Assembly (NCBI GenBank): GCA_002104905.1
Contig: MCFE01000016.1
Coordinates: 1-64,000, forward strand
Reading direction: 5' to 3'
DNA from: Basidiobolus meristosporus CBS 931.73
Taxonomy: Eukaryota > Fungi > Basidiobolomycota
Length of the DNA: 64,000 nt
The notes below the pieces were generated by a model. It saw nothing but the letters and a program-made list of their open reading frames with translations. It made no database searches and was not told the DNA's origin. Below, piece by piece: positions 62,780 through 64,000 of the stretch (positions are counted from its first letter, which is position 1; each line of letters starts with the position of its first letter). Made by a program: the position numbers and the translations under genes.

Positions 62780-64000
62780 CTAGAGTTGGCGCGGTACCTC
62801 GATTGTCTCGATGCTTTGAATAATATCTCCCTCCTGGAATTTGTCAAAGCCTTCAAAAGACATACCGCATTCGATGCCCTTTTTGGCTTCAGTAACATCC
62901 ATTTTAACCTGTTTCAATGAAGTGAGAAGACCTAAACATGATATTGCTTAGTATTATGAAGCGACCAGTTTGCTAAATCAAAAAAGAAATACCTTCAAAG
63001 ACTGTCTCCTCTTGTCTAATGATTCTAATCTTGTTATTTTTCATAATAGATCCATTGGTAACTCTACATCCAGCAACCGGCGAGGTTAACCTTCCTTTAA
63101 CGTTGATTTGGAATACTTGTTGAATCTTTGCTTCGCCAGCAACTTTAGTGGTATATTCGGGAGGCAATAGTCTGGCCAACATCGATTTCGCATCCTCCAA
63201 TAGCTTGTAGATAATAGAGTGGCTCTTAACTTCGACCTTCTTGAGCTTAGCCTTGGCCATTGTTTGTTTGTCTCCTTTGACGTTAAAACCCAAAACAATT
63301 CCTTCACAAGCAGATGCCATGTCTACATCAGCTTCAGTAATCGCACCAACACTGGAGTGAATGACCTTCAAACGAACTTCGTTCGATGGAAGCCCGCCTA
63401 ATGAGGCTACAACTGCTTCTACCGTTCCGCTGACATCTCCTTTGACAATAACCGGTAATTCAATGATTGGATTCTTCTCCTCGCTGCTGCTTTGATTCTT
63501 GGATTCGCCTCGCTCCATGGTAGGGTAGGTGGTTCGTAAGCCGTGATAGTACTCCCAGACATCTCTTTTAAACTTCTTCTCCTTCAAACGCTCTTCAAGT
63601 TGTTCCTCGCGCTCCTTCTGTCGTTTTTCACGAATCACTTCGATGTCTTTCATTTCAAGCTCACGGGTAGCACGAATTTTGCGGTTTTCAACCACAGTTT
63701 TGGCTAACGACTACAATGAAATAAGTAAACTAACAATACACTATTCACATGGATATCCAAGATACCTCATCTTGAGCTTCCAACATTTCATCACCGGCTT
63801 TTGGAAGGTCCTTCCAACCAATTATTCTTACTGGGGTTCCAGGTCCTGCCGTTTTGACAACTTTTCCTTTGTCATCAATCATACGACGGATTTTACCCCA
63901 TGAAGTGCCAGCTACAATCACGGAGCCACTTTTAAGGGTACCACGGTGAACTAATACAGTAGCAACATTTCTAATTGAATGAATATCAATGATGAGTACT
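62780..64000 (-). CDS. IFM1: Mitochondrial translation initiation factor IF2, C-terminal part (5' end beyond the window)
   Basis: LPVIVKGDVSGTVEAV, IHSSVGAITEADVDMA, IIYKLLEDAK, VAGCRVTNGSI. Last exon GLLTSLKQVKMDVTEAKKGIECGMSF..DIIQSIE..RQL* (stop 62782-62780). Confidence 0.93.

Overview
Eukaryotic, intron-rich fungal DNA with short GT-AG introns, mostly about 50-100 nt. Gene content suggests an early-diverging fungus such as Zoopagomycota or Mucoromycota (inference). About 24 protein-coding loci can be read by splicing by eye. Housekeeping and signalling genes: copine (5' partial), Rib2-type deaminase, CaMK1-type kinase, Mdj1, USP36/Ubp16-type protease, alpha-arrestin, G-protein gamma subunit, PLC-like phosphodiesterase, Lto1, TenA_E, Rpl25, Emc2, SulP, MATE, Dhh1 and mitochondrial IF2 (5' partial). 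These are interrupted by gene-poor blocks (12.5-17.5, 18.7-26.7 and 34.6-36.8 kb) holding decayed retroelement-like fragments and a strongly CpG-depleted array of ~330-bp repeats. The most unusual features are three. (1) An intronless 1249-aa, probably exported protein built from two unassigned repeat types: a Lys/Val/Pro-rich 'IPG' array and five ~43-aa acidic modules, four with paired Cys. (2) Two paralogous stand-alone RasGEF domains with a shortened catalytic helical hairpin, flanking that gene and the G-gamma gene. (3) A membrane-anchored, catalytic-domain-only E2-like acyltransferase. No tRNA, rRNA or CRISPR features were recognised. All family assignments come from motif recognition, not database searches.
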